The notes: a model not told the origin generated them from the sequence alone. Counted from the first letter of the stretch, positions 28,458 through 35,093 are shown. The stretch is 38,947 nt of DNA from Bacillota bacterium (GCA_049324975.1 JBMOPI010000238.1:1-38947), one strand, 5' to 3'. Program-made: numbers and translations.

Positions 28458-28486
28458 TTGACACCGGAAAACTCTTTTGCTAGACT
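28458..28486 (+). promoter_or_regulatory. candidate sigma-A promoter of pabB
   Basis: The arrangement is TTGACA, 17 nt, TAGACT. Confidence 0.45.
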
Positions 28487-28554
28487 AAATTTAACATTAT
28501 ACGCTTTATGTCGTTCGGTATGTTCTGGTCCGCCGGTTATACGCGGGCATCCCA

Positions 28555-28583
28555 CCGGATAGGCTTTGCCTATCCGGTTTTAT
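28555..28583 (+). terminator. strong intrinsic terminator inside the pabB leader
   Basis: CCGGATAGGC-TTT-GCCTATCCGG is followed by TTTTAT and ends 21 nt before the pabB start. Confidence 0.8.
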
Positions 28584-28603
28584 CTTGTCGCAGGAGGTTG
28601 GTC

Positions 28604-30136
28604 ATGCATACGCCCACTCTGAACGAGTTCCTTAACCTTTTTGAACCGGGGATAAGAATTCCGGTGATGCTGGAGGTCCCTCTGGAAAATGAGAATCCGG
28701 TGTCCATTATTGAAAACCTGGAACTGGCCGGACAGCCCCTTGTTCTATTAGAAAGCGGCAAAGGCACGGAAAATCTGGCCCGTTACACGCTTCTGGGGTT
28801 CCGGCCATGTCTTACTTTCCGTTCCCGGGGTTACCGCTCTGAAATAACAGCAGAAGGCGAGACGGAAATTATTGAGGGAGATCCATACGAGACCTTGCAG
28901 GGAGTGCTGGCGCGTTGTCCGGTGCGGAAATACCCCGGCCTGCCTAAGTTTTACGGTGGGGCCATGGGCTATTTCAGTTACGATTTCGGTCGGTACTTCG
29001 AAGAACTGCCGGAACTGACGGAGGACGACCTGGCCCTGCCCGAGAGTTACTTTTTGTTCATGGACCGGGTAATCTGCCTTGATCATTTTGAAAAAAACAT
29101 CAAAATCATTGTTAATAAAAAATGTACCGCCGGGCAAAACCCGGCGGAAATCTACCGGGCTGCTGCCGCCGAGACCGAGGCCATTGCCCGGGCCCTCAGG
29201 GCGAAACCACCGGCCGCCGCCCCTGACATCGAGGACCACCGGCTTCAGCACAGCCTGCAGCCGGTATGCAACATGACCAAAGAACAGTTTGAAGGCATGG
29301 TGGTAAAAGCCAAGGAATATATCCGGGCCGGCGACATCTTCCAGGCCAACCTCTCCATCCGGGTGGGCAACAGGATCAGCGCCCATCCCTTTGAACTGTA
29401 TAAGGTTTTGCGGGAGGTCAATCCTTCCCCGTATATGAGTTTTATCGATTTCGGCGATATGCATATAGTCAGTTCCTCGCCTGAACTGCTGGTCCGGGTC
29501 AAGGGTGACCTGGCTGAGACCCGTCCTATTGCCGGTACCCGGCGGCGCGGCCTGGACCGGGAAGAAGACCTGGCCCTGGCCCGGGAACTGGTTTCCAATG
29601 AAAAGGAACGAGCTGAGCATATTATGCTGGTAGACCTGGAGCGCAACGACCTGGGCCGGGTCTGTCGCTACGGGACTGTAGAAGTTAATGAGCTGATGGT
29701 AATTGAAGAATACTCCCATGTCATGCACATTGTCTCCAATGTCCGGGGCCGGCTGGCTCCCGGCAGGGACTGTTTTGACCTCTTTAAGGCCTGTTTTCCC
29801 GGCGGGACCATCACCGGAGCGCCCAAAATCCGTTCCATGGAAATCATCGAAGAACTGGAACCCACCCGCCGCGGCCCGTATACCGGCTCCATCGGTTTTC
29901 TGGGCTATGATGATGAGATGGAAATGAATATTGTTATCCGCACCCTGGTGATCAAAGACGGTATGGCCTATGTTCAGGCCGGGGCCGGCATTGTGGCCGA
30001 TTCCGTGCCGGAACGGGAATATTTTGAATCCATGAAAAAAGCGGAAGCGCTGCTCAGGGCTATTGAGATCACTGAAACCCTGGCGGCTGAAAAAAGGGCT
30101 TCTGCAGGCGAAAAGGAGGCCGCCGCCAGTGTCTGA
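28604..30136 (+). CDS. pabB: aminodeoxychorismate synthase component I (chorismate-binding, TrpE/PabB family)
   Basis: The sequence shows SPELLV, PIAGTRRRG, KERAEHIMLVDLERNDLGRV, FPGGTITGAPKIRSMEIIEELE, RGPYTGSIG and GAGIVADS. The ATG at 28604 lies 6 nt after AGGAGG. The pabB (not trpE) assignment rests on the adjacent class IV lyase gene. Confidence 0.82.
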   Translation: MHTPTLNEFLNLFEPGIRIPVMLEVPLENENPVSIIENLELAGQPLVLLESGKGTENLARYTLLGFRPCLTFRSRGYRSEITAEGETEIIEGDPYETLQGVLARCPVRKYPGLPKFYGGAMGYFSYDFGRYFEELPELTEDDLALPESYFLFMDRVICLDHFEKNIKIIVNKKCTAGQNPAEIYRAAAAETEAIARALRAKPPAAAPDIEDHRLQHSLQPVCNMTKEQFEGMVVKAKEYIRAGDIFQANLSIRVGNRISAHPFELYKVLREVNPSPYMSFIDFGDMHIVSSSPELLVRVKGDLAETRPIAGTRRRGLDREEDLALARELVSNEKERAEHIMLVDLERNDLGRVCRYGTVEVNELMVIEEYSHVMHIVSNVRGRLAPGRDCFDLFKACFPGGTITGAPKIRSMEIIEELEPTRRGPYTGSIGFLGYDDEMEMNIVIRTLVIKDGMAYVQAGAGIVADSVPEREYFESMKKAEALLRAIEITETLAAEKRASAGEKEAAASV

Positions 30137-30992
30137 TTTTGTATACCTGAACGGGGACCTGGTGCCGGCTGAAATGGCCCGGATTTCGGTGTTTGACCAC
30201 GGCTTCTTATACGGCGACGGGCTTTTTGAAACTATGCGGTCCTATAAGGGAAAGGTTTTTAAGCTTGGGGAACACCTGGACAGGCTGGAGAAATCGGCGC
30301 GGCTGCTGGAACTCAACCTGCCCTGGGAACGGGAAGAGTTAAACAGCGCGATTTATGCAGTGCTGGCCGAAAACAGGCTGGACAATGCCTATATCAGGCT
30401 TACCGTGACCCGCGGCGAAGGCCCGGTTGGCATCGACCCGACCCTCTGTGCCAGGCCGAACCTGGTGATCATGGCCAGGGAAATGCCTCCTTACAATGAA
30501 CAGGTTTATACCAAAGGGGTCAAAATCATCATTGTCAGCACCCGGCGTAACCTTCCGGAAGCCTGCCCGCCGGAAATAAAGTCCCTTAATTTCCTGAACA
30601 ATATTTTTGCCAAAATGGAACTGAACAAGGCCGGGATTACCGAAGGTATCATGCTGAATTACCGGGGGGAAGTTACGGAAGGTACGGTGAGCAACGTATT
30701 TATTTACAAAGCCGGGCGGCTCTTGACACCTGCCAGGGAATGCGGCATCCTGCCGGGGATAACAAGGGACACAGTGCTTGATATAGCCTCGGACACGGGG
30801 ATTTCTGCGGCCGAAGCGGTTCTTGCGGCGGAAGACCTGCTTGATGCAGAGGAAGTTTTTCTGACCAATTCCGGTTCGGAAATCACACCTGTGGTGCAGA
30901 TAGGGGACACTGTGATCCGCAATGGCCGGCCGGGTCCCGTCACCCGCCTGGTCCTTAACCGGTACCGTAAACTGGCCTGGGAAAAGAACTAA
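30129..30992 (+). CDS. pabC: class IV aminotransferase-fold enzyme, probable aminodeoxychorismate lyase
   Basis: The sequence shows FVYLNGDLVPAEMARISVFDHGFLYGDGLFET, IRLTVTRG, EIKSLNFLNN and EGTVSNVF. The GTG at 30129 overlaps the pabB stop by 8 nt, with AAGGAGG 11 nt upstream. Confidence 0.78.
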   Translation: MSDFVYLNGDLVPAEMARISVFDHGFLYGDGLFETMRSYKGKVFKLGEHLDRLEKSARLLELNLPWEREELNSAIYAVLAENRLDNAYIRLTVTRGEGPVGIDPTLCARPNLVIMAREMPPYNEQVYTKGVKIIIVSTRRNLPEACPPEIKSLNFLNNIFAKMELNKAGITEGIMLNYRGEVTEGTVSNVFIYKAGRLLTPARECGILPGITRDTVLDIASDTGISAAEAVLAAEDLLDAEEVFLTNSGSEITPVVQIGDTVIRNGRPGPVTRLVLNRYRKLAWEKN

Positions 30993-31023
30993 AACTTTCC
31001 TCTATAATTTTCTTTTGGCGGTG

Positions 31024-31052
31024 TTGACAGAACGAATTATCTATAGTAATAT
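31024..31052 (+). promoter_or_regulatory. sigma-A-type promoter of tRNA-Lys/tRNA-Glu
   Basis: The arrangement is TTGACA, 17 nt, TAATAT. Confidence 0.6.
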
Positions 31053-31073
31053 TTATATCTGTGAGACGACTTT

Positions 31074-31149
31074 GAGCCATTAGCTCAGTTGGTAGAGCAC
31101 CTGACTTTTAATCAGGGTGTCGCTGGTTCGAGTCCAGCATGGCTCACCA
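31074..31149 (+). tRNA. tRNA-Lys (anticodon UUU), CCA encoded
   Basis: The cloverleaf was folded by hand. The acceptor stem is GAGCCAT/ATGGCTC, the anticodon loop is CTTTTAA, and the T-loop is TTCGAGT. Confidence 0.95.
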
Positions 31150-31155
31150 TTTTAC

Positions 31156-31231
31156 GGCCCCTTGGTCAAGCGGTTTAAGACACCGCCCTTTCACGGCGGT
31201 AACACGGGTTCGAATCCCGTAGGGGTCACCA
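31156..31231 (+). tRNA. tRNA-Glu (anticodon UUC), CCA encoded
   Basis: The acceptor stem is GGCCCCT/AGGGGTC (one G-U pair). The anticodon stem CCGCC/GGCGG carries the loop CTTTCAC, and the T-loop is TTCGAAT. Confidence 0.95.
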
Positions 31232-31243
31232 TATCAGTAAACT

Positions 31244-31270
31244 AAAGGAAATGCTCCGGCATTTCCTTTA
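31244..31270 (+). terminator. terminator after tRNA-Glu
   Basis: AAAGGAAATGC-TCCG-GCATTTCCTTT is followed by A. Confidence 0.6.
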
Positions 31271-31280
31271 CTTGTACCCC

Positions 31281-31323
31281 AGGAACGCATAGCGCTCCTG
31301 CGGCATAAAAAAGGCTAACGCGG
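31281..31323. repeat. palindromic intergenic repeat, 5' module only
   Basis: AGGAACGCATAGCGCTCCTGCGGCATAAAAAAGGCTAACGCGG parallels 33272-33313 (GGGAAAGTATAACGCGCTGCGGTATAAAAAAGGCTAACGCCGG). Confidence 0.6.
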
Positions 31324-31333
31324 CCCAAACCCC

Positions 31334-31362
31334 TTGCATAAAGTGCCGCTTTTGCATATAAT
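31334..31362 (+). promoter_or_regulatory. sigma-A-type promoter of tRNA-Gly (and probably scfA-scfB)
   Basis: The arrangement is TTGCAT, 17 nt, TATAAT. Confidence 0.55.
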
Positions 31363-31381
31363 ATATATTAGACCAAAACGG

Positions 31382-31456
31382 GCGGAAGTAGTTCAGTGGT
31401 AGAATAACGGCTTCCCAAGCCGCAGGTCGCGGGTTCGAATCCCGTCTTCCGCTCCA
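31382..31456 (+). tRNA. tRNA-Gly (anticodon CCC), CCA encoded
   Basis: The acceptor stem is GCGGAAG/CTTCCGC, the anticodon loop is TTCCCAA, and the T-loop is TTCGAAT. Confidence 0.95.
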
Positions 31457-31505
31457 TTTTCATTTTCATCCATTGCTGAGAATCATATTTAGGGGAGGCG
31501 TTCCG

Positions 31506-31652
31506 ATGTCCAAGCATATTCAAACCTTAAACAAGAAGAGTCTGCAGGATACCATTAAAAAAGGCGGCTGTGGTGAGTGCCAGACTTCCTGCCAGTCAGC
31601 CTGCAAGACATCCTGCACCGTGGGCAACCAGGTTTGCGCTAGCAAACAGTAA
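31506..31652 (+). CDS. scfA: six-cysteine ranthipeptide precursor SCIFF (48 aa); not in the supplied ORF track
   Basis: The ATG lies 7 nt after GGAGG (31494-31498). The translation is MSKHIQTLNKKSLQDTIKKGGCGECQTSCQSACKTSCTVGNQVCASKQ. The GGCGECQTSCQSACKTSCTVGNQxC core is the SCIFF signature, and the cognate rSAM gene lies immediately downstream. Confidence 0.9.
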   Translation: MSKHIQTLNKKSLQDTIKKGGCGECQTSCQSACKTSCTVGNQVCASKQ

Positions 31653-31676
31653 AATTAAACATATTGATTTAAAGCC

Positions 31677-31704
31677 AACCCGATCCATCCGGATTGGGTT
31701 TTTT
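31677..31704 (+). terminator. intercistronic rho-independent terminator between scfA and scfB
   Basis: AACCCGATCC-ATCC-GGATTGGGTT (one G-U pair) is followed by TTTT. Confidence 0.75.
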
Positions 31705-31734
31705 AACTTACAAAAAAATTAGGGAGAGAGCAAG

Positions 31735-33087
31735 TTGATACATAAATTTACCATTGACGGGGTTAAAATCCTGCTGGATGTCAACAGCGGGGCGGTACAT
31801 GTCCTGGACGACCTGGCCTGGGAAATCGTTGACCAGTATCAAACCGTTCCGGAAGAGGAACTGGTCGCCAGGTTTGCGGGGCAGTATCAGGCCGGGGAAG
31901 TCCGGGAAGTGCTGGCTGAGCTGCGCCGGCTGGAAGCGGAGGGCCTGCTTTTGGCAGCGGATAACCAGGAAGAACACTATGTACTGCCGGAAGAACCGGT
32001 GGTCAAATCCCTCTGCCTCCATGCGGCCCACGACTGCAATCTCCGCTGCCGCTACTGCTTTGCCGGCAAGGGCAAATTTGGCGGCGCCGGGGGGCTGATG
32101 CCTGCAGCCACCGGCCGGGCGGCCATCGATTTCCTGATGCGGGCGTCGGGGGCCAGAAGGCATTGTGAAATCGATTTTTTCGGTGGCGAGCCGCTGCTTA
32201 ATTTGGATACAGTAAAAGAACTGCTCGCTTACGGGCGGGAACAGTCGGCCAAACATGGCAAAGAAATAAAATTTACCCTAACCACCAATGCCCTGCTGCT
32301 TGATGAAGACACCGCGGCATTCCTGGACCGGGAAGGTATCAGTGTGGTGCTCAGCCTGGACGGGCGGCCGGAGGTTCATGACCGGATGCGGCCTGCCCCC
32401 GGAGGGAAAGGCAGTTACCGTGAGGTGGCGGACCGCATCTGCAGTTTTACTGCCGGTCGCGGCCATGATAATTATTATGTGCGGGGGACATATACCCGCT
32501 TTAACCTTGATTTTGCCGCGGATGTTTTACATATGGCCGGCCTGGGTTTGCAGCACCTTTCTGTGGAGCCGGTGGTAGCCCTGCCCCGGGAGGAATGGGC
32601 TTTCCGGGAAGAGGACCTGCCGGCCATCGGCCGGGAGTATGAAAAACTGGCCCGGGAATATATCCTGCGGCACGAAGCCGGCGAGACTATTGACTTTTTT
32701 CATTTTAACCTGGACCTGGACCAGGGCCCCTGCCTGCCCAAGCGCCTTACCGGCTGCGGCGCCGGGCACGAATACCTGGCCGTGACGCCGGCCGGTGACC
32801 TGTACCCCTGCCACCAATTTGTCGGGCGGGGACAATACCGGATTGGCGATGTCTGGCGCGGCCTCAATAAACGGGATGTGATGAAGGAGTTTCAGCGGGC
32901 CCACATCTATAACAAGGAAAAATGCCGGTCCTGCTGGGCCAAATTCTACTGCAGCGGGGGCTGCCATGCCAACGCCGAGGCGGCTAACGGCACTATATAT
33001 GAGCCTTACGAGCTTGGCTGCGCAATAACCCGGAAGCGGTTGGAATGTGCAATTTACGTGCAGGTTAAAAAGGCTGCGCTAGCCTAA
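31735..33087 (+). CDS. scfB: SCIFF radical-SAM/SPASM maturase
   Basis: The start is TTG after AGGGAGAGAG. The N-terminus is MIHKFTIDGVKILLDVNSGAVHVLDD, and the rSAM motif is CNLRCRYC. The C-terminal SPASM cysteines are present (CGAGHEYLAVTPAGDLYPCHQF, CRSCWAKFYCSGGCHANA). Confidence 0.9.
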   Translation: MIHKFTIDGVKILLDVNSGAVHVLDDLAWEIVDQYQTVPEEELVARFAGQYQAGEVREVLAELRRLEAEGLLLAADNQEEHYVLPEEPVVKSLCLHAAHDCNLRCRYCFAGKGKFGGAGGLMPAATGRAAIDFLMRASGARRHCEIDFFGGEPLLNLDTVKELLAYGREQSAKHGKEIKFTLTTNALLLDEDTAAFLDREGISVVLSLDGRPEVHDRMRPAPGGKGSYREVADRICSFTAGRGHDNYYVRGTYTRFNLDFAADVLHMAGLGLQHLSVEPVVALPREEWAFREEDLPAIGREYEKLAREYILRHEAGETIDFFHFNLDLDQGPCLPKRLTGCGAGHEYLAVTPAGDLYPCHQFVGRGQYRIGDVWRGLNKRDVMKEFQRAHIYNKEKCRSCWAKFYCSGGCHANAEAANGTIYEPYELGCAITRKRLECAIYVQVKKAALA

Positions 33088-33120
33088 GAAAATGAAACAT
33101 AATTGACGAAAAACCATGAA

Positions 33121-33145
33121 AAAGGCGCTTATTTCGAGCGCCTTT
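33121..33145 (+). terminator. putative terminator after scfB
   Basis: AAAGGCGC-TTATTTCGA-GCGCCTTT is present, but the T-run is weak. Confidence 0.45.
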
Positions 33146-33167
33146 GCCGTTTGTCGAAAATTCGGGG

Positions 33168-33196
33168 TTTACGGAAAAACCTTCCTATGCTATAAT
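33168..33196 (+). promoter_or_regulatory. candidate extended -10 promoter of the M23 peptidase gene
   Basis: The arrangement is TTTACG, 17 nt (ending in TGC), TATAAT. Confidence 0.45.
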
Positions 33197-33271
33197 ATAT
33201 TTGGGTTTACCATAATTTAGAGAGATTCCGAAGTCGACATATTGTAGAAACATGTCTTTTTTTGCACCATT

Positions 33272-33342
33272 GGGAAAGTATAACGCGCTGCGGTATAAAA
33301 AAGGCTAACGCCGGTGCTTCGCGCCAGCGAAGCCTTTTTAAT
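33272..33342. repeat. palindromic intergenic repeat, most complete copy (~70 nt)
   Basis: GGGAAAGTATAACGCGCTGCGGTATAAAAAAGGCTAACGCCGGTGCTTCGCGCCAGCGAAGCCTTTTTAAT contains the hairpin GCTTCGC-GCCA-GCGAAGC nested in AAAAAGGCT...AGCCTTTTT. Confidence 0.75.
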
Positions 33343-33374
33343 CAAAAAACTTAGTTTGTCGAAGAAAGGAGCGA

Positions 33375-35051
33375 ATGATGAGGTCGAAAAAGGAAATAAT
33401 CAGTGCGTTGTTGGAGAAACTTCGCAGCATTTTTACCAACATCCAATCCGCAAAAATTCCTTTGGTAAGACTAACGCAAAAAGAAAAGCATCAAATAAAC
33501 CATAAGAAATCAAACAGAAAAAGCAAAAGAAAATTAAAATATGCACAGCAATTTTACGCAAAAAAGAAAGGGCATAATCCCAAATTCACGGTTCCAAAGG
33601 TAACCATCCCCAAAGTAACCATCCCCAAAGTAACTATTCCCAAAGTGACTATTCCTAAAATAACAATTCCCAAAATCGAAATCACCAGGTTGATACCTGC
33701 TAAATTTAATTTTGCTCAACTGCATTCCCGGACCGGGATTGTCGTTGCGGCAGCGCTGGCCCTGGTCGTGCTGGCCGGTGGTTTGGTGGTGGCCAATACC
33801 GAGAAAAAGGCTTTTGCGGTAATTCTGAACGGGAAGCAGATAGCGCTGGTGGAGAACCGCCAGGAAGCAGAAAAGGCGCTTGCCGACCTGAAGGCAGATA
33901 AAGCAAAAACCTGGAACCGCAGTGTGGAGATTAAAGAGAGCGTGACTTACCGGGAAACGGAAGCCCGCCTCTACAAAATCGACAGCGCATCGGATTTGAC
34001 GGAAATTCTGGATGACAAGATTACCTTTGTGGCGGCAGCCACCGGCATCAGGGTTAACGGCAAGGTCAGCCTGTTGGTTAAAGATGTTGAGACCGCTGAA
34101 GATATCCTGAAAAGGCTGAAAGAATCCTTTGTTAAGGACGGCATGGACATCGGTTCTGTCAAGTTTGAGGAAACGGTGGAGATTGTTCAGGTCCCCGCCG
34201 ATTTGAAAGAAATCCTGGAGCCAGACAAGGCGCTGGAAGTCATTAAAAACGGCCGGCAGAAAAAAGTTGTGCACGTAGTTTCAGAGGGGGATTCCCTGTG
34301 GATGATCGCCCGTAAAAATGATATGCGTGTAGCCGAACTGAAAGCGGCCAACCCGGATTTAAAGGGCGAAAAACTGTCTCTCGGCCAGGAACTTAACCTC
34401 GTTAAGCTGGAGCCGCTGATTAACGTATTAACTGAAGCCCGGGTCACGCTGAACGAAACCGTGCCCTACGATGTTGTGGTGGAAAAAAGCAGCAGCATGT
34501 GGCGGGGCAGGCAGAAAATCAAGCAAAAAGGGGAAAACGGTTCCCGTGAGGTCACCTATAAATTAGTACTGAAAAACGGTGCTGAAGTAAGCAAAGCGGT
34601 ACTTGCGGAAAAGGTGCTGAAACAACCCAAGAACCAGGTTGTGGTCAAAGGTTCCCGGATGGTCGTCGCTTCCCGTGGCGGCGGCGGCCTGGTCGGCTGG
34701 CCGACAGGCGGCAAGATCACCTCAGGTTATGGCCGCCGCTGGGGCAGGATGCATACAGGCATCGATATTGACGGCCATACCGGCCAGGCTATCGGCGCTG
34801 CTGCCGACGGCCGGGTGATTTCCACCGGCTGGGACGGCGCATACGGAAAGGCAGTGGTTATCAGCCACGGCGGTGGTCTCGTCACCAAGTATGCGCACTT
34901 GTCCAAGATTGAGGTTGAAGTGGGTCAGAAAGTTTCCCGCGGCGACCTGATCGGTTTGATGGGCAACACGGGGCGCAGTACCGGTTCACACCTGCATTTT
35001 GAAGTTATCGTCAACGGTTCCTTCCAGAACCCCATGAGGTATTTGAGATAA
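33375..35051 (+). CDS. membrane-anchored LysM + G5 + M23 (LytM-type) peptidoglycan metalloendopeptidase
   Basis: A TM helix is present (GIVVAAALALVVLAGGLVVA). The LysM domain reads HVVSEGDSLWMIARKNDMRVAELKAANP, and the G5 domain reads RQKIKQKGENGSREVTYKLVLKNG. The M23 motifs are HTGIDI and GNTGRSTGSHLHFEV. The start may instead be the second ATG at 33378. Confidence 0.85.
   Translation: MMRSKKEIISALLEKLRSIFTNIQSAKIPLVRLTQKEKHQINHKKSNRKSKRKLKYAQQFYAKKKGHNPKFTVPKVTIPKVTIPKVTIPKVTIPKITIPKIEITRLIPAKFNFAQLHSRTGIVVAAALALVVLAGGLVVANTEKKAFAVILNGKQIALVENRQEAEKALADLKADKAKTWNRSVEIKESVTYRETEARLYKIDSASDLTEILDDKITFVAAATGIRVNGKVSLLVKDVETAEDILKRLKESFVKDGMDIGSVKFEETVEIVQVPADLKEILEPDKALEVIKNGRQKKVVHVVSEGDSLWMIARKNDMRVAELKAANPDLKGEKLSLGQELNLVKLEPLINVLTEARVTLNETVPYDVVVEKSSSMWRGRQKIKQKGENGSREVTYKLVLKNGAEVSKAVLAEKVLKQPKNQVVVKGSRMVVASRGGGGLVGWPTGGKITSGYGRRWGRMHTGIDIDGHTGQAIGAAADGRVISTGWDGAYGKAVVISHGGGLVTKYAHLSKIEVEVGQKVSRGDLIGLMGNTGRSTGSHLHFEVIVNGSFQNPMRYLR
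33579..33683 (+). repeat. in-frame 15-bp tandem repeat x7 (PK[VI]TI pentapeptide repeats)
   Basis: The units are CCCAAATTCACGGTT, CCAAAGGTAACCATC, CCCAAAGTAACCATC, CCCAAAGTAACTATT, CCCAAAGTGACTATT, CCTAAAATAACAATT and CCCAAAATCGAAATC. Confidence 0.9.
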
Positions 35052-35062
35052 AATTTTTAAGC

Positions 35063-35093
35063 AGCCCCGTGGTAGTTTGCCGCGGGGCTTTGT
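35063..35093 (+). terminator. putative terminator after the M23 gene
   Basis: AGCCCCG-loop-CGGGGCT is followed by TTG. Confidence 0.5.

Noticed and set aside
28508-28603. The upstream ATG at 28508 extends pabB by 32 codons (MSFGMFWSAG...) and could be a Trp-containing leader peptide.
   Set aside because: It has no RBS and only one Trp codon, and the extension runs through the terminator hairpin. The ATG at 28604 has a perfect AGGAGG at 6-nt spacing.
28748-29728. A long 326-aa ORF lies antisense to pabB. Similar antisense ORFs occur at 1760-2437, 15014-15799, 21755-22450, 22523-23146, 31708-32256, 33534-34274 and 36949-37680.
   Set aside because: These are mirror ORFs expected in GC-rich coding DNA. 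Each lies fully inside a sense-strand gene that has clear family motifs. None has an RBS, and their translations are low-complexity (rich in R, G, P and A) with no recognisable domain.
33314-33505. A 63-aa + strand ORF overlaps the start of the M23 peptidase gene.
   Set aside because: It begins inside the intergenic repeat hairpin, has no RBS, and is out of frame with the well-supported peptidase gene.
33579-33683. The short direct repeats could be a CRISPR array.
   Set aside because: The units are contiguous 15-mers without spacers and lie in frame inside a CDS. No cas genes or leader are present.
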